Source: Paraspadella gotoi | Taxonomy: Eukaryota > Animalia > Chaetognatha | Assembly: GCA_051294375.1 (NCBI GenBank) | Contig: CM119269.1 | Coordinates: 12,742,790 to 12,806,789 of the forward strand | DNA: 64,000 nt | Direction: 5' to 3' | In this document: positions 36,764 through 54,982 of the stretch, in pieces | Layout: the number at the start of each line of letters is the position of its first letter | Position numbering within the stretch: position 1 is the first letter of the stretch | Position numbers and translations under genes: made by a program | Notes under the pieces: generated by a model | What the model saw: the letters and a program-made list of their open reading frames with translations, nothing else | Told to the model about the DNA's origin: nothing | Databases searched by the model: none

Positions 36764-37407
36764 TCAATCCTTCTTATTGAGTCCAGTTGGAAAGTGAACA
36801 ACAGAGACGCCGCTTTTGGCGACGACGACGACGACGACGGCGCCATCGCTCAACCTCGTCGTCAAAGTCGTCGACGCCGTTTTCGTCGTCGTCTTCGTCG
36901 ACGGCAACGCCACGCCCCCAAGAAACCGTCGACACTCGAGATCGAAGACGCCGAGAACGCCGGCGTCGCTCGCGACGGCGATGGCGTCTTCGTCGCCGAT
37001 GAGCGCCGCCGACGAAATACGAAAGCCGGCGTCGAACGGAACTCGATGCAAAAGAGCGCCGGAATCTCGAGCGAAGGTGGAGACGGAATTGGCAACGCCG
37101 TCGACGACGAGGAGACGCGACGCCGAGAGAAATACGCCCACTGGCGCCGCTTTTGACTCTGATCGTAGTTTGTGCAGACAAAGACCGGACGATGGGCGAG
37201 ATTCTGATCGCAATTTGTGCAGACTGAGACCTGAGGAAAGACTCCAGGTCATCACCGTCCCTTCTGCGTCGCTGGAGACCAATTGGGCCTCGTCGGCGCC
37301 AGGGTCAAAGGTCAGAGAGACGATGGCGGATTCGTGACCCGAGAGATGATGGAGAATGACGCCATCTTGGATGCGAGAGACCTTATGAGAGACGGGAAGT
37401 GGTTTGT

Positions 37408-37464
<57 letters not shown>

Positions 37465-37875
37465 GGACTTAATCTCTCGTTGTAATTCGTTGCTCTTGAG
37501 TTCCTTTTGTGAAGTGTTTAAAAATATAAACAATCAATACTTGTTTACAAACATTACCGTTCATTATTACTTCATTACTATGTATAATCATGATTTTCTT
37601 TCATACAGATTGTAACAATATTATTAGGTCTTATATGGTCTAATATCTTTTATATGTCATTAATAATCTTTTTGTGGCTATTTATATCGTTATTGATTAG
37701 GCTGAGCTTACCTGAGAGATCATTGCTATTCTGATTGATTCCCGATGCTTGCTTTTGCTTACCTCCAGTTCTAGATCATACTTGATCCCAGAAACTTGCG
37801 TGTCAATCTGATTGCTGCCTGCAATATTGATACTCTCAGAAGGGTGAGCAAGAGACGGAAAAACCTCGCTCATCA

Positions 37876-37956
<81 letters not shown>

Positions 37957-40900
37957 ACACGCACCTTGATCATTCCCTCGTTGCAGCCAGTAACGACTTT
38001 TCCGCCTCCAACGACAAGATCACCCAAAGGAGTTTTGTGTGCTCTGACGGATTGGTTGAGGAAGAGTACCTGTTAAGGGTTAGTTTAATTAGTTAATTAG
38101 TTTAATTAAGTATTAAACAATGATTGAATAGAAAGAAAATTCATTAACTTTCAATGGGACTCTGCAACGCCTTACCTCCGAACACCCTTCCATCGTCGCG
38201 CCATCTTGAGGGTAAGTCTCGTGCAGAAAAAAGTCGAGCATGCCGTCCAGGTGCGCCGCCACGATGAAAACGGGACTATTCGCGGTCATCGACGATTCGG
38301 CGACGGAGGCTGGCGCCGCTTCGAGGTGCGTAACGCCGGATTGAAGGCCGGCGTCGCCGGATTGACGACAGACGACGCCGGGTTTAGTTGCCGGTTGAAA
38401 GACGTGAGTCTCGACGCTTCCGTCGCCACAGCCAAAGTAGAGGACATCGTTGACTAGACAGAGACACCAAACGGCGGCGACGCGCGACTTGGCGCCTTCG
38501 TTCGATCCAGAAGAGACGGAATCCTCGGAATCTTCCGGCGCCGCGAGTTCGTCGATGCTCCAACCGGATTCTGCGCCGGATTTTCCTACGTAGGAATCTT
38601 CGATGCTGCCGGAAGAGGGTCGCCGCGGCTCGCAGGACTTCGCCGAGTCCGGCGCGGCCCATCTGGCGATTCGCGCGACGGCGGCGCCGGTTTCCACGTC
38701 GAAGACGACCACCTTGGCGCCGCTGGTGTCCGTCGCCGCGAAGAGACGAGAAGAGACGCGCGACGCCTCCACTTCCGCGGCGTCGTTTCCCGTCAACAAA
38801 GGAAGAACGGCGACGGAATCGGCGGCGACAATTTTGGCTCCTGCGGAGGGAGCGGCGGCGTCGGCTGCTGCGGCGGATGAGCAGGAGGCTGCGCGCCACT
38901 CGGCGTAGTTTTTGGAACAGACGCAAAAGTAGAGAGCGAAGCAAGTGTAAGCGAGAACAAAGACGACGAGACAGACGAAACCAAATAGGAAGAGGAGGAG
39001 CATCGATTCTTCGTGACGAAGAGAAAAGAGTGAATCGTCGGATGCGGAAAGTCGAGCGAATCGGACGAAGCGGGCCAAACGAGACGGAGATCCGAAGAGA
39101 AGACCGGACGCGATGTCTTCCTCTTCGAAAGCGTTTGCTTCCTCGGAGAGGATCGTCGAGGAGTTCCCGCGTCCGAAACTGGCGGCGACGAAAACGTTGG
39201 GAAGGACGGAGACGAATCGATTCTCGAAGGGCAGATCGAGTTGAGCGACGAGGGTTCGAAGATGAGACGACGCGTGACGTTGCGTCACTCGATCCAATCG
39301 CTCCACCACGGTGGCGTTGCCATCGACGGCGCTTCGATCCGCGCCGAAGAGGCCCAACTCCCGCCAGGCGTCTCTGAGAGCGCCGGCGTCGTCCAAATCG
39401 CCGCAATAGAGCGCCGCGACGTAAGCGATCCACGCCGCGGCGCCGAAGATGACGCCGCGAAGGACGAATCTCTTCTCCGTCACGAAGTCGACGACTCGAA
39501 GTCTTTTTGAAGAGGAAGGGGAGGAGGAAGAGAAGGAAGAGGAGAAAGAGGAGAGACGAGGAAAAGAACTCTTCCTCTTTCTCCTCTGAGTCAAAGATGG
39601 CGACGTTCTAGGCCACTCGGCGACGGCGCCGCGAGGATCAGCAGCCAGAGATATTTCGGCGCCGGTATCCAAAACGGCGCCGTCGTTTCGCGGCGTCGAG
39701 TAGAGGACGTCCTCGAGATCGACGCGACAAACGTCGATGGAGACGACGCTGACGAAAAACGTCATCTGGAGGAAGAAGGAGGAAGCGACGGCGACGACGC
39801 CCACGAGGCAAAAGTCACCGACGGCCGGAACCGGCGTCGCTAATCCGGCGAGAAGGATCGCCGAGACGATGGCGCCGTGTTTGGCGATAGAGACGCCGTC
39901 TTTGGCGAGACCTCGCGCCAGGCGGCGTTGGCGATCGACGCCGATCGGTTGAGCGACGACGGATTTGGTGAGAACGAGGACATTTTCAAGGCCGATGATG
40001 AGGACGAGGTAAGGAAAGACGACGCCGCCCTGGCGGAAGGAATATTCATTTTAAGGTAAGTTAATATTCGATTGTGAGTTAAACTTAAAAAAGAGCTGTT
40101 GATACGTGCATTCGAAATTTTGAATTTTGTTACCAAGTTTCAATTTACAGGCATTCATCCTCAAAATAAAATAAAAATTAATTAATTTCACGAATAAAAA
40201 TAGGGTTTGACCCAGAGTAAATAAATTATAAATTTATAAATTTATAAATTTTGTCGACTCATCAGTCCATCACAGAAGATACAGAGATGGAACCGGATCA
40301 GAAGCTCGGGAAAAATCACTGAAATGGAATCGAGCTCTCTGATACAGAGACGGAACCGGATCGGAGGCTCTGGAAGAAATTACCAGAATGAATCGAGCTC
40401 TCTGATTGGCCGAGACTCAGATGGAAGCGGCCAATGAGCGAAGAGGCTGTAAAATTTACCAATGTCTCTGATCCACTTGCTCTGTATAAATAGATGTAGA
40501 TTTTGTATCCTGGCATTCTGTCCAAAATTGACACCGTCTTCATATCTGTTTTTATATCAATAAATTCCACTTTGGTTTCACGTTCAAACCCTGTCTATTT
40601 ACTTAAATGTGGTGACAGGAGTGGATTCGACACCCCACGCTCTCAAGAAAAGAAGAATCAAGCCTTACCAACAACGACCACGCCACCCCTCAAGAAGATG
40701 GATTCCCCAGCCCCCAACTATTCCCCCAGCCAAAGCCGGCTGAAGAAAGGGGCCGCGAAGCCAGCCACAGGCACCGCAACAAAATGAAGACGGTAGCAGC
40801 CACCGCGAGGATCTCGACTACCATACGTTCGAACTCACGGGAGCTCTCTTAGAGCAATGCCAATTGGAGACGAATCAAGCGGAAGTGACACGCCAAATCC

Positions 40901-43900
40901 TTACGTTAATAAACAGTGCGAATTTAAAAAATGACCAAAACTACGCACGAATGAATAAAAGATTCGACGATACCGAGACGAAGCTTGGCACAAAATGGAT
41001 GAAATTCATCAAATGATGAAAGTCATGATGTCCCGCGACAACGGCCGCGACGTCAACACACGACTGACGCATCTAGCTCAGACTCCGTCGCCACCATCTA
41101 ACCTCTACCCCAGCCCGGCCGCCCTCGCCGCCGCCGCTGCGGCCGGTCAACCTCAAACTGGGCCTTTTGCCAGCCAAACTCTAGTAAAAGGCTTCCAATC
41201 ACCAGAGGAATCCCCCTCGGAAAGCGGAAGAAGCGATCCGCCGTCCTATACGCCTGTCGAGCAGCCCATTAAACTGGAAAAAAGGAGCGACGAATCTCCG
41301 GAAGATTTTCTTCGTAGCTTCTACGAAGCCTTCAAGGACTCCCCTTCACCGGACAAGGTTGACCAGCAACTTCGGGCCCTCCTTGCGCGAGACAAGGTCG
41401 CGAACAGGTTCTTGGAACCCATCAACCAATCCATGTGGTTGGGACTGCGCGCGTTGTGCGAGGGCTCCTCGGTCAGCATAGCGGAGGCTCTCGCCGAAGC
41501 AAAGATCGAGGTGGACCCGCAGGTCCATGCCAAATATGGCCTCGCCCTCGTCAATGCCGCGAAAGAAAACTTCGAGGCGGTAAGAGAAAAGGACAGAGCA
41601 TCAATACCGGACTACGTTGCCCAGATGCTGGTGGAAGCTATGGAACCCTATGTACCAGGGATAACGTCGGAGACGCTAGAATGGACCCAAATGCTCGAGA
41701 GAGGCGAAACCGCCGTCTTGGCAAAGCAATTGAATATAAATTGCGGGGATATTTAAAGAAAACGGCCGACAACTCCATCAGGAAAATCGTAAGGACCGTG
41801 TCCGATGACGACAAGGAAAAACTCATCAATGCGCTCTCCAAAAGGCCAAACGGATAAAGATCCGAGTAGCAGTGCCACGGCCTTTTACCAAGGAACTGTT
41901 CTTCAGGAAATGAACAACATGAATGAAAAGATAAAGGAACTGAAGAAGACTTAGACAACGCACGGCGTCCAACCAAACGGATCGCCAACCGGATCGCCGC
42001 TATGAACGTCGTGATCGCCGTAGTCCCAGTCGAAACTACGAAAGAAAATTCGACAAAAGCCGCGACTGGAGAAACGAAAAAAAGCCAGGATGGCGCGACG
42101 AGAAAAGAGGGAAGAAAGCTCCACACTTTGGAAAAAGACGGGATATTGTTGATGTAACTAATGAATTTAATTCCGACTCTGCTGATGAATTTGATGCAAA
42201 TAAAGATGATTCTTATTATCCCTGCGTTGTGAATAAAAACAAGGACAGTAGGAAAACAAACAACAGCACAGACCAGATCCTAAAAGAATCTTATAGAAAC
42301 CTTGGAGAAAAGGTGATGAGAGAAAACACACAGCGAGTGAAACACGAGAATAGAAACAAAATCAAAGAGTTAGCCAACACGGCCAACAAATTAAGAGGCA
42401 AATCAACCGCGTCTAGGATGTACAAATTACTTAAACCTTTGTGCGCAGAAGAGATCGCCCTCGCCAACAAATTCATCCACAAGCTGGGCTGGACGGACTG
42501 GACTAAAGCTGACCAAGCAGGAAAGAAGGCGATCATAAAAAGATCGAAAATCTGTGCTAAACTAGTTAGAAAAGCCATCCGGACCAAACCAAACCAGGAA
42601 TATCAATCCCAACTCCCAGTGGAAGAACCAGCTAAAGCCCAGCAAAAACGAAAAAGTAGACCCAACCCAATGAAGCGACAGGGTAAGCCTTCCCTAAGAA
42701 AGCTTCGACCAGCAGGGGATAAAAACAATCCTACTTATGAATTAATTGCCGGGGAACAAAATGGCGAATCTCTCCACCAGGCGACCATCACATACCCAGC
42801 TATTACATACGACTCAAATAATTTAATGGTCACGCTCAATTTTAATAATGATAATCTTTTCGAGTCGCACGAATTATTGCGCGAGTGAAGATAATTTGTA
42901 AACTTTAAAAATCCCTAGCGATTTGAAATTATTTTCATTGAATCCCGATTGATTCATTGTTCGATAGATTGTTTTCCTTCAAAAAAAGTGTAGTACCCCC
43001 GCCGCCCCACCGCCCAGTCCCCGTCTCACCCGCATGGGCGTTCCCAGATCCAACCGCGCGCAGACGCCGAAAGACGTCGCCAGGGACGCGGCGATGGTCG
43101 CCACCGCCGCCACCGCCAACCCGGACTTACTTTTCACCATGACCATCTTGCGGGTGGAAAAGTAAAAATAGACGAAGAGGAGAATGAAGGCGGAGGCGAG
43201 CGGCGAATGGCGGCGGAGCGGTGAGACGGCGGGATGGAAGAGAATGTGGGTGGCGGGGGAGGGACAGTCTGGAAAAGGGTTTATGACAATTTGTTGTGAC
43301 AGTCAGATTAACAACAACCGATTGTAATTTAGTATAACTAGATACAATCTCTCTTTTATGATATTAATTTACTAATGATATGTGAAGGGGAATAAATTAA
43401 AGAAAATTTAATCATTGATTAATCTCTCACCAATATTCACTATCAATGATTAAAAAAAAAACTGTTTTATTCATCACTGAATTAAAATTCATGATAGAAT
43501 ATTGAACAAAAATTTTGATGGAAATTTATTCCTGACAACTGAGCGGTAAACATGTTGATTGTTGATTGTTGAACCCAGGTGACCCACTAAATGACCCTAC
43601 CTAGTACCTACCTTCGTGCTTCGCTCGCGGACGAAACTCTCCTCCGAGACTTCTCCCCAACTCTTCCTTCAATTCCTCCAAGAATCCTTCATCGCGACGC
43701 CGCAGAAAAACCGACGCCGCGAAGGCGACGAGTTTCCGGCGTCGTCGTCGCCATCTCGCCGAAGACGACGCCCATTCGGCGACTCCGCTCTCGGACCAAG
43801 GAACGCCAAGCGCCGCTTCGGCCAGAGACACGGCGCCGCGAAAGAGGCGTGGCCGAAAGTGGGCGGCGCCGAGAGAGGAGAGGATGCCACTGAAAGAAAG

Positions 43901-44746
43901 TAGGGAGTTAAGAATGTGAGGTACAATTGTCAAGTCCATTAATGGTTTACAATTATGGACTGGGTTTTTTTTTTTTTGCGGTCTTGTTTGTAGTTTAAAA
44001 TATAAAATAAGATAGTTTGGTTAATTTTTAACTTTTTGCAACTTGAAACTATCATTTAATGATCAGAGGGCTTTTGTATTATTTAGTAAAATTACAATTG
44101 TTTTTATTGTAACGTTGAAACACCTGAAGTTTCCATTCGTTTCATTTTTCCAAAAAACCGCGGGAGAAATTATGAGACAATCACTGGCATTTGATTGATT
44201 CTTGTTGTTGTTGTTGTCGTCTTTGTCAATCTCTTTGTCCTTCGCTTCAAAGGCGACGCCTCCTTTCAAACAGACGTTCTCCAAAGCGACGCCGGTTTTA
44301 GACCGAAAACGTCGGATCGTCTTTGTCAACCGAAGCGAAGCCATCAAAGCGGCGTCGATCTCTTCTCGGCGAAGACGATTGCGGCGCCCAGGTGACAAAA
44401 CGACACCGTAGACGACGAACCTCTGCAGCCAAGCGGCGCGATTGTCGTCTGTCAACCAGATCGGCGTCGGTGACGTCGAGACTTTTTCGTGACAGTTGGG
44501 AGAAGAACGAAAAGTCGTCGTCGTCGTCGCCGTCTTCGTCGTGGCGTTGTGGCGCGGCGTCAAAGGCGACAACGGCAAGCACGCCACGGCGACCACGACT
44601 GCAGCCAGGGTCATCATTGCTATCGGCCGTCGCGCCACGAAGACGCCGTAGTGGTAGAAACATCGCTCCAGTGACGTGCATTTGGCCGATGTCGTTGCTG
44701 GAGTTAGGGGAGCTGAGGTTGAAGAGGTAGCGGAATCTGGAGTCAT
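36764..44746 (-). CDS. SCAP: SREBP cleavage-activating protein (sterol-sensing domain + WD40)
   Basis: Phase-consistent exons 44746-44124, 43889-43612, 43268-43030, 40029-38176, 38069-37965, 37381-36764. Motifs FYHYGVFVARRPI, LFVYFYFSTRKMVMVKSKSGLA, GGVVFPYLVLIIGLENVLVLTKSVV, FFLQMTFFVSVVSID, LYFCVCSKNY, AHKTPLGDL..VVTG, LSGHESAI and C-terminal VVHFPTGLNKKD all parallel SCAP. Confidence 0.95.
40995..41756 (+). pseudogene. gag-like ORF fragment of the intronic LTR element
   Basis: 253-aa ORF just downstream of the PBS; coiled-coil/Pro-rich N-terminus then a helical region; frameshifted on both sides. Assigned by position only. Confidence 0.5.
42229..42888 (+). pseudogene. Basic ORF fragment of the intronic LTR element
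   Basis: 219-aa K/R-rich ORF contiguous with the gag-like region; no recognisable motif. Confidence 0.35.
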
Positions 44747-45559
44747 AGTAGAGATTCGGATTTAAGTTTGATGGAATGTTTGTATAAAGTTTGCGTCGTG
44801 GTAGTTTATTTTTTGTTTTGAAATATTTGTTTTCTGGACTTGATTTCGTGTCGTTTGTATGATTTCTACTTTGTATAACTTGAAAGACTGGCGGGAGAAG
44901 TAGATACCAAAAAATGAGGAGTTGAATGATGAGGTTAATTTGATGTTTTTTAAAGTTAAGTTTAATGTTCCCCCCTAAACCAGCACGGGTGGAGTTTACG
45001 TAATCACATGGTCCGAAAAGTCGCCCTGGTGGAACGGAGCAGGAACTAACTAAACAGATGTAAACATTATAAAGGGCATGGGAACGATATCAAAGCCAGG
45101 TCGAAAATCCTTTGCGCACGAAGCGAGCTCTTTACTCTTCTCTCTCAATCGATTTATGTTTTTTTTTTTAACTTGTAAAAAAAACAAATGTCCTATAACT
45201 ACTCCCAGTTAATTCCGATGCTATTTTATCTTTAGCAGTCGACGCCGACTCGTGGCGCCTCCGACGGACGGAATGTGCAACTGGATCGACGTTTACAAAA
45301 GAGCAGCGTCAATGAGACCGATAAGAATTGAAAAACTTTCCAGTTGCGTGTCGTCGTCGTTGTCGTCTTCCTCTTTTGATTGGGTAAGGTCATGGCCTAT
45401 TTCAAGGTGTTGCTTTTCTTAAATTAAAACAAACTAGGAAAAATTCCCGGGAGAAACAACTTTGATTAATTGAAGTCGACATTTTTATGGGTAAAAATGA
45501 AAAAAGCGGCGAATAAATTATTACCAAGTTTCTTCCATCTGGTCACCGACAAATGAAAT

Positions 45560-48500
45560 ATGGCCACGACGACGACGACGACGACCAGGACGACGACGTC
45601 GTCTGCGACTCGCGGAGAATTCCAACTTATAGAGGAACAGTATTCGGTAAGCGTCTCACTCCAAAATTAAACAAACAAAATTAAACAATTACTGTATTGT
45701 AGAAAATGTTAAAGTTCACATATCGTTTTGCTAGATAAAATTTAGCTCGTCCCATTATCTTAGACACATAACTACTGGTTCAACCCCTTACAGTCATGCT
45801 GATTAAATGTAATAGTACCGGAATATACTAGATAGGAAGGCTAACGGAGGTGGTAAGAATTTATCCGTGGTCAGATGTTGCCATAGTATTAGCGTTATTA
45901 TTGTAACTTAGTTCCAATCTCCGAATCCAGCGTTCCATGCGTCCCTCCCATCATCTGGCGGAGTCCGTCTACGCCGCCATCGTCTGCTTTCCCTTCGGCC
46001 TCTTTCCTCTCATTTTCGCCATCAACTCGAAGAGAAGCATCAAAGAGGGAGATTTCACCACAGGGAGGGAATTGGGTCAGTTGGTGTGGGGGTGGGGGCT
46101 GTTGCTGTTGCTGTTCTTGATGCTGATGTTGCTGCAGTTGCTGATGACAAAGGGGATGATGACAATATGATTATGATAATTTTACTACTAATGATGACGA
46201 CGATGGTGATTTATAAATTTGATGATGATACAAAAGTTTTGATTGTGACCTTGTGACATTAACGATGACATTATTTAATAAATGATGATGAAGATATTTA
46301 TGATGATAAAAATTGATGATAGCATGTTGATAATGATAATCTTTTCATACAATTGAAACATTCTTTGAAATATTATACCACTTCATTGATAGGGAGGCCA
46401 GGTTTACTGAGAGTGAATAAACAAGACTGTGAGAGAGTCTTGATTGAAAGCTTGCAGAAACCTGCTATGTTATTATCTTGTAAGTGTGATGGAGGCCTTA
46501 AACCAACAAAGCCTGTCCAGAGTCAGGGACAAGATAGCTTATTTATTAAATGAATGGATAATTTTTATATTGGTTGTACTAATTTCATACCAAGATTTCA
46601 ATGATGATAATTAATGATAATATTGACGATGACGTGACATGTGACACGTGACACTCGAATTAGCGATGACACGGATTCGATGCTGGTATTCTGTCTGTGG
46701 AATAAAACATTCGACGCGGACTATCGCTTGTTACTCTCTCTTAAGTTATTAACTACTACTTAATCGGATATTTTATTATTTAAAAAATTAGTTCCCGTTT
46801 AATCCGAATTTCATCGCCCGGGTTTTCCCCTCTTTTCTTTTTTTTTTCAATGGGGAAATTGTGTGAAAGACGAGTGAAGGTCGCGGCATCCGCTGTGATT
46901 CACTCGTGATCGAAAAACCGACGATTGGCTAATGCTAAACCTATGACCTGGTCACTAAATTTAATCCCCAATCAAATGCCTCACAATAATTCGAAACCGA
47001 AATGATTAAATCTAGCGGATACTATCCTTAATCCATAAGAGATGAGAATATGAGTGTTCTATGACAGATCATAAAAGGTACGGAGAGTTCTATGACAGTT
47101 CTATGACAGTTTCTTTGATATGCATATGAATTAGCCTCAGTCTCTATCGCTAAATATTAATGAGGTTCTAAATCTCTTTCTCAAGATATTTTGTTTGAAC
47201 TGATTCTATACTCGTCACCATCTATCTTTAAAAAAGTCCATTATTTAAATTTGAAATCTTTATTTTAAAACAAAAAAACTTTAAAACTTAATTTTTAAAA
47301 AACTAAAAGCCCATTTTTAAAATAAAAATAAAAACTAAACAAAATTAAAAAATAAGGGCTGAATGAACAATTTTTGCGCGCAAAATATAACAATTTTCAA
47401 TATTCTTGGGTAAATATAACATGTAAAAAACAATTTTTCAATATTCTTGAGTAAATATGGCGATATTCTTGAGTAGATATGACAACTTGGGATACCGAGA
47501 CAATGATGAGGGAGTGGAGAGAGGAGCGGAAGTGTGGAGTCGAGAGGAGAAGAGAGTGCGTTGTGAAAGACACAAAGACACTGATGAGAGGGTGGTGGGA
47601 GGAGCGGAAGAAGGAAAAAAGAGCGCGTTGTGAGAGACATGTTTATTAGTAAAGTAAGTTTTAAGTTTAAATTTTTTAAATGTTTTAAATAAAAATAAAA
47701 TTTGCGGTTTAATTAGAATTTGCTGTTTAATTAAAAATAAAATTTGTGTAAATACATGTATAAACTTTTACTAGTCGTGATATAAATTTGATTGCGTTAG
47801 TTAGTGTTTCAAAATATTTTTAGCTAGTTCACAGTTCTCTTTGTTCAATTACGATCATCAAAAACCAAAAACCAAACCGAATCGATGTTAATGAATTCAG
47901 AGTCTCTTCAAACAAAAGATTTTTTGAAAAAAATAAGTCAGTGATATTCGCTCAAACAAAATTATTCATACATTTGAGGATTTAAAAAAACCATGAGAAG
48001 ATGATATTCGTTCAAACAAAATTATTCATACATTTGAGGATGATCAAATTCTCATTAATATTTATCGATAGAGACCGAGGTATATTCATCCGATTATTTA
48101 ACAATAGAGATTAAGGCAAGTTCATATGCATATCAATAACTGTCATAGAACTCTCCGTACCTTTTATGACCTGTCATAGAACACTCATATTCTCATCTCT
48201 TCCATAACCCCGATCTCTATCCAAATCCTTAACCATAATCCCAAACCTAATCCCTAACTTTAACTACTAATATACCTAAGATAAAAATCATATCTTAAAC
48301 ACTAAATTCTGATATAATTCTTAGTTTGGAAGCTTTTGAAAAACATGGCCATTTCATTTTGAAAAACATGGTCATTTCATTTTGAAAAACATGGCCATTT
48401 CATTTTGAAAAACATGGCCATTTCATTTTGAAAAACATGGTCATTTCATTTTGAAAAACATGGCCATTTCATTTTGAAAAACATGGTCATTTCATTTCAT

Positions 48501-48697
48501 TTCATTTCATTTCATTTCATTTCGACTATTTATTATATTTAGCACTTTATCTAACTAATTATTATTATTATTTATTATTTATTTATCTGAAAGTTCCCTT
48601 TTGTTCAGGTTTCATGGCGCAATCGATGGCGTGGACTCTCATCGTCTTCAACAAAATCGTCGTCGTCGTCATCGTCGTCGTTTATTTCGTCACGTGA
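45560..48697 (+). CDS. CD225/dispanin (IFITM/PRRT-like) small membrane protein
   Basis: Exons 45560-45646, 45931-46075, 48609-48697: ..RPSHHLAESVYAAIVCFPFGLFPLIFAINSKRSIKEGDFTTGRELG|FMAQSMAWTLIVFNKIVVVVIVVVYFVT*. Two hydrophobic segments around the C-x-P-x-G and GD..A/G CD225 motifs. Confidence 0.8.
47038..48200. mobile_element. Non-autonomous TIR element with AG..CT ends and 6-bp TSD, in the dispanin intron
   Basis: TIR AGAGATGAGAATATGAGTGTTCTATGACAG.. (>60 bp near-perfect, imperfect to ~150 bp); TSD TCCATA at 47032-47037 and 48201-48206. Confidence 0.8.
48335..48523. repeat. ~23-bp tandem repeat TTTTGAAAAACATGGYCATTTCA x~7 followed by (CATTT)n
   Basis: Seen directly. Confidence 0.9.
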
Positions 48698-48784
48698 CCA
48701 AATTCATGTTGAAACTCGTCTGAACGATCGAAGAGCCAATTCATAAATAATGTCTTCTTGTCTTTAACAACAACACTGTTTACT

Positions 48785-49050
48785 NNNNNNNNNNNNNNNN
48801 NNNNNNNNNNNNNNNNNNNNNNNNNNNNNNNNNNNNNNNNNNNNNNNNNNNNNNNNNNNNNNNNNNNNNNNNNNNNNNNNNNNNNNNNNNNNNNNNNNNN
48901 NNNNNNNNNNNNNNNNNNNNNNNNNNNNNNNNNNNNNNNNNNNNNNNNNNNNNNNNNNNNNNNNNNNNNNNNNNNNNNNNNNNNNNNNNNNNNNNNNNNN
49001 NNNNNNNNNNNNNNNNNNNNNNNNNNNNNNNNNNNNNNNNNNNNNNNNNN
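48785..49050. other. Assembly gap (N run)
   Basis: 266 Ns. Confidence 1.
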
Positions 49051-49842
49051 CCCCCTCCGATCTACGGGTCTTTAATATTTATCCGATAATTAGCGATCCT
49101 TTAGGTTGAGTCACATCGGTAATTCCCCGATGTTTCATCATGACTGAGAAATTCCCGACTATTGTTCAATTTGTACCACGCAATGTAGATTAAAACAAAG
49201 TATTCTCGCCGTAGCTTGTAGTCGTAATGTTTTTATCAAGCAAATAGAACCAAGAATGACTAATGACAACAGCTTATTTATTTAAAGATCGAACAAGTCA
49301 AACAATAGTCAAAAATTGATTTAGTAGAAACCAGTTATATATCCACATAGCTTTGAACGTTTTTTCTCTCTGTTCACAAAATTAAGTCGGATATGACAAA
49401 ACCGGGGAACTCACCTGCTGGGACTTCTGCTTGTGTTGCTTCCCCCTTTTGGAAATCGGTCTTCCCCAGTTGTGACCCGCATTAAAATCCACAACGAATC
49501 TGATTTCTCATTTCTCATTCGAATCCAATTCTAAAATCGTCGTGACTCAACAGACAAATTTTGCTCCGACGATTACTCGGAAGAAAGATTTTTTTTTCCT
49601 AATACAAGTTGTTATGCCGTTTTAATTTAAAAAAAAAGTAACTAAAACTCCTTTATTTTAAAAAAGAAGACTTTTGCTAAAAAATCTTAAAGGCGTTGAC
49701 CATCGTGAATCAACAACACCGCTCCTGCAAATAACATTTCATCCTCGGACTGACAAAAACTATCATTTACGATCGTTATCATCATCATCTTCATCGTCCC
49801 CTTAAAAATTAATTCTTCTAAGAAGAATATAAAACACTCGAG

Positions 49843-54972
<5,130 letters not shown>

Positions 54973-54982
<10 letters not shown>

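Larger units (their letters stand above)
40250..42900 (+). mobile_element. Truncated LTR (Ty3/gypsy-like) retrotransposon in SCAP intron 3, antisense to SCAP
   Basis: LTR-like 40250-40608 with a ~64-bp tandem repeat, CCAAT, TATAAA (~40485) and AATAAA (~40559); PBS TGGTGACAGGAGTGGATTCGA (40610-40630) resembling the complement of a tRNA-Leu 3' end; broken ORFs follow; no pol or 3' LTR. Left boundary approximate. Confidence 0.65.

Noticed and set aside
38206-39510. Multiple long overlapping ORFs, including 38384-39433
   Set aside because: Alternative-frame or antisense shadows of the GC-rich SCAP exon.
40255-40270. CTGATGA on the minus strand as a hammerhead (also 42182 and 47581 on plus)
   Set aside because: No stem II followed by GAAA.
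41860-41905. Gag zinc knuckle (QCHGLLPRNC)
   Set aside because: Does not fit CX2CX4HX4C; at best a decayed remnant.
48335-48523. Regular ~23-bp repeat array as CRISPR
   Set aside because: Head-to-tail with no spacers; a minisatellite.
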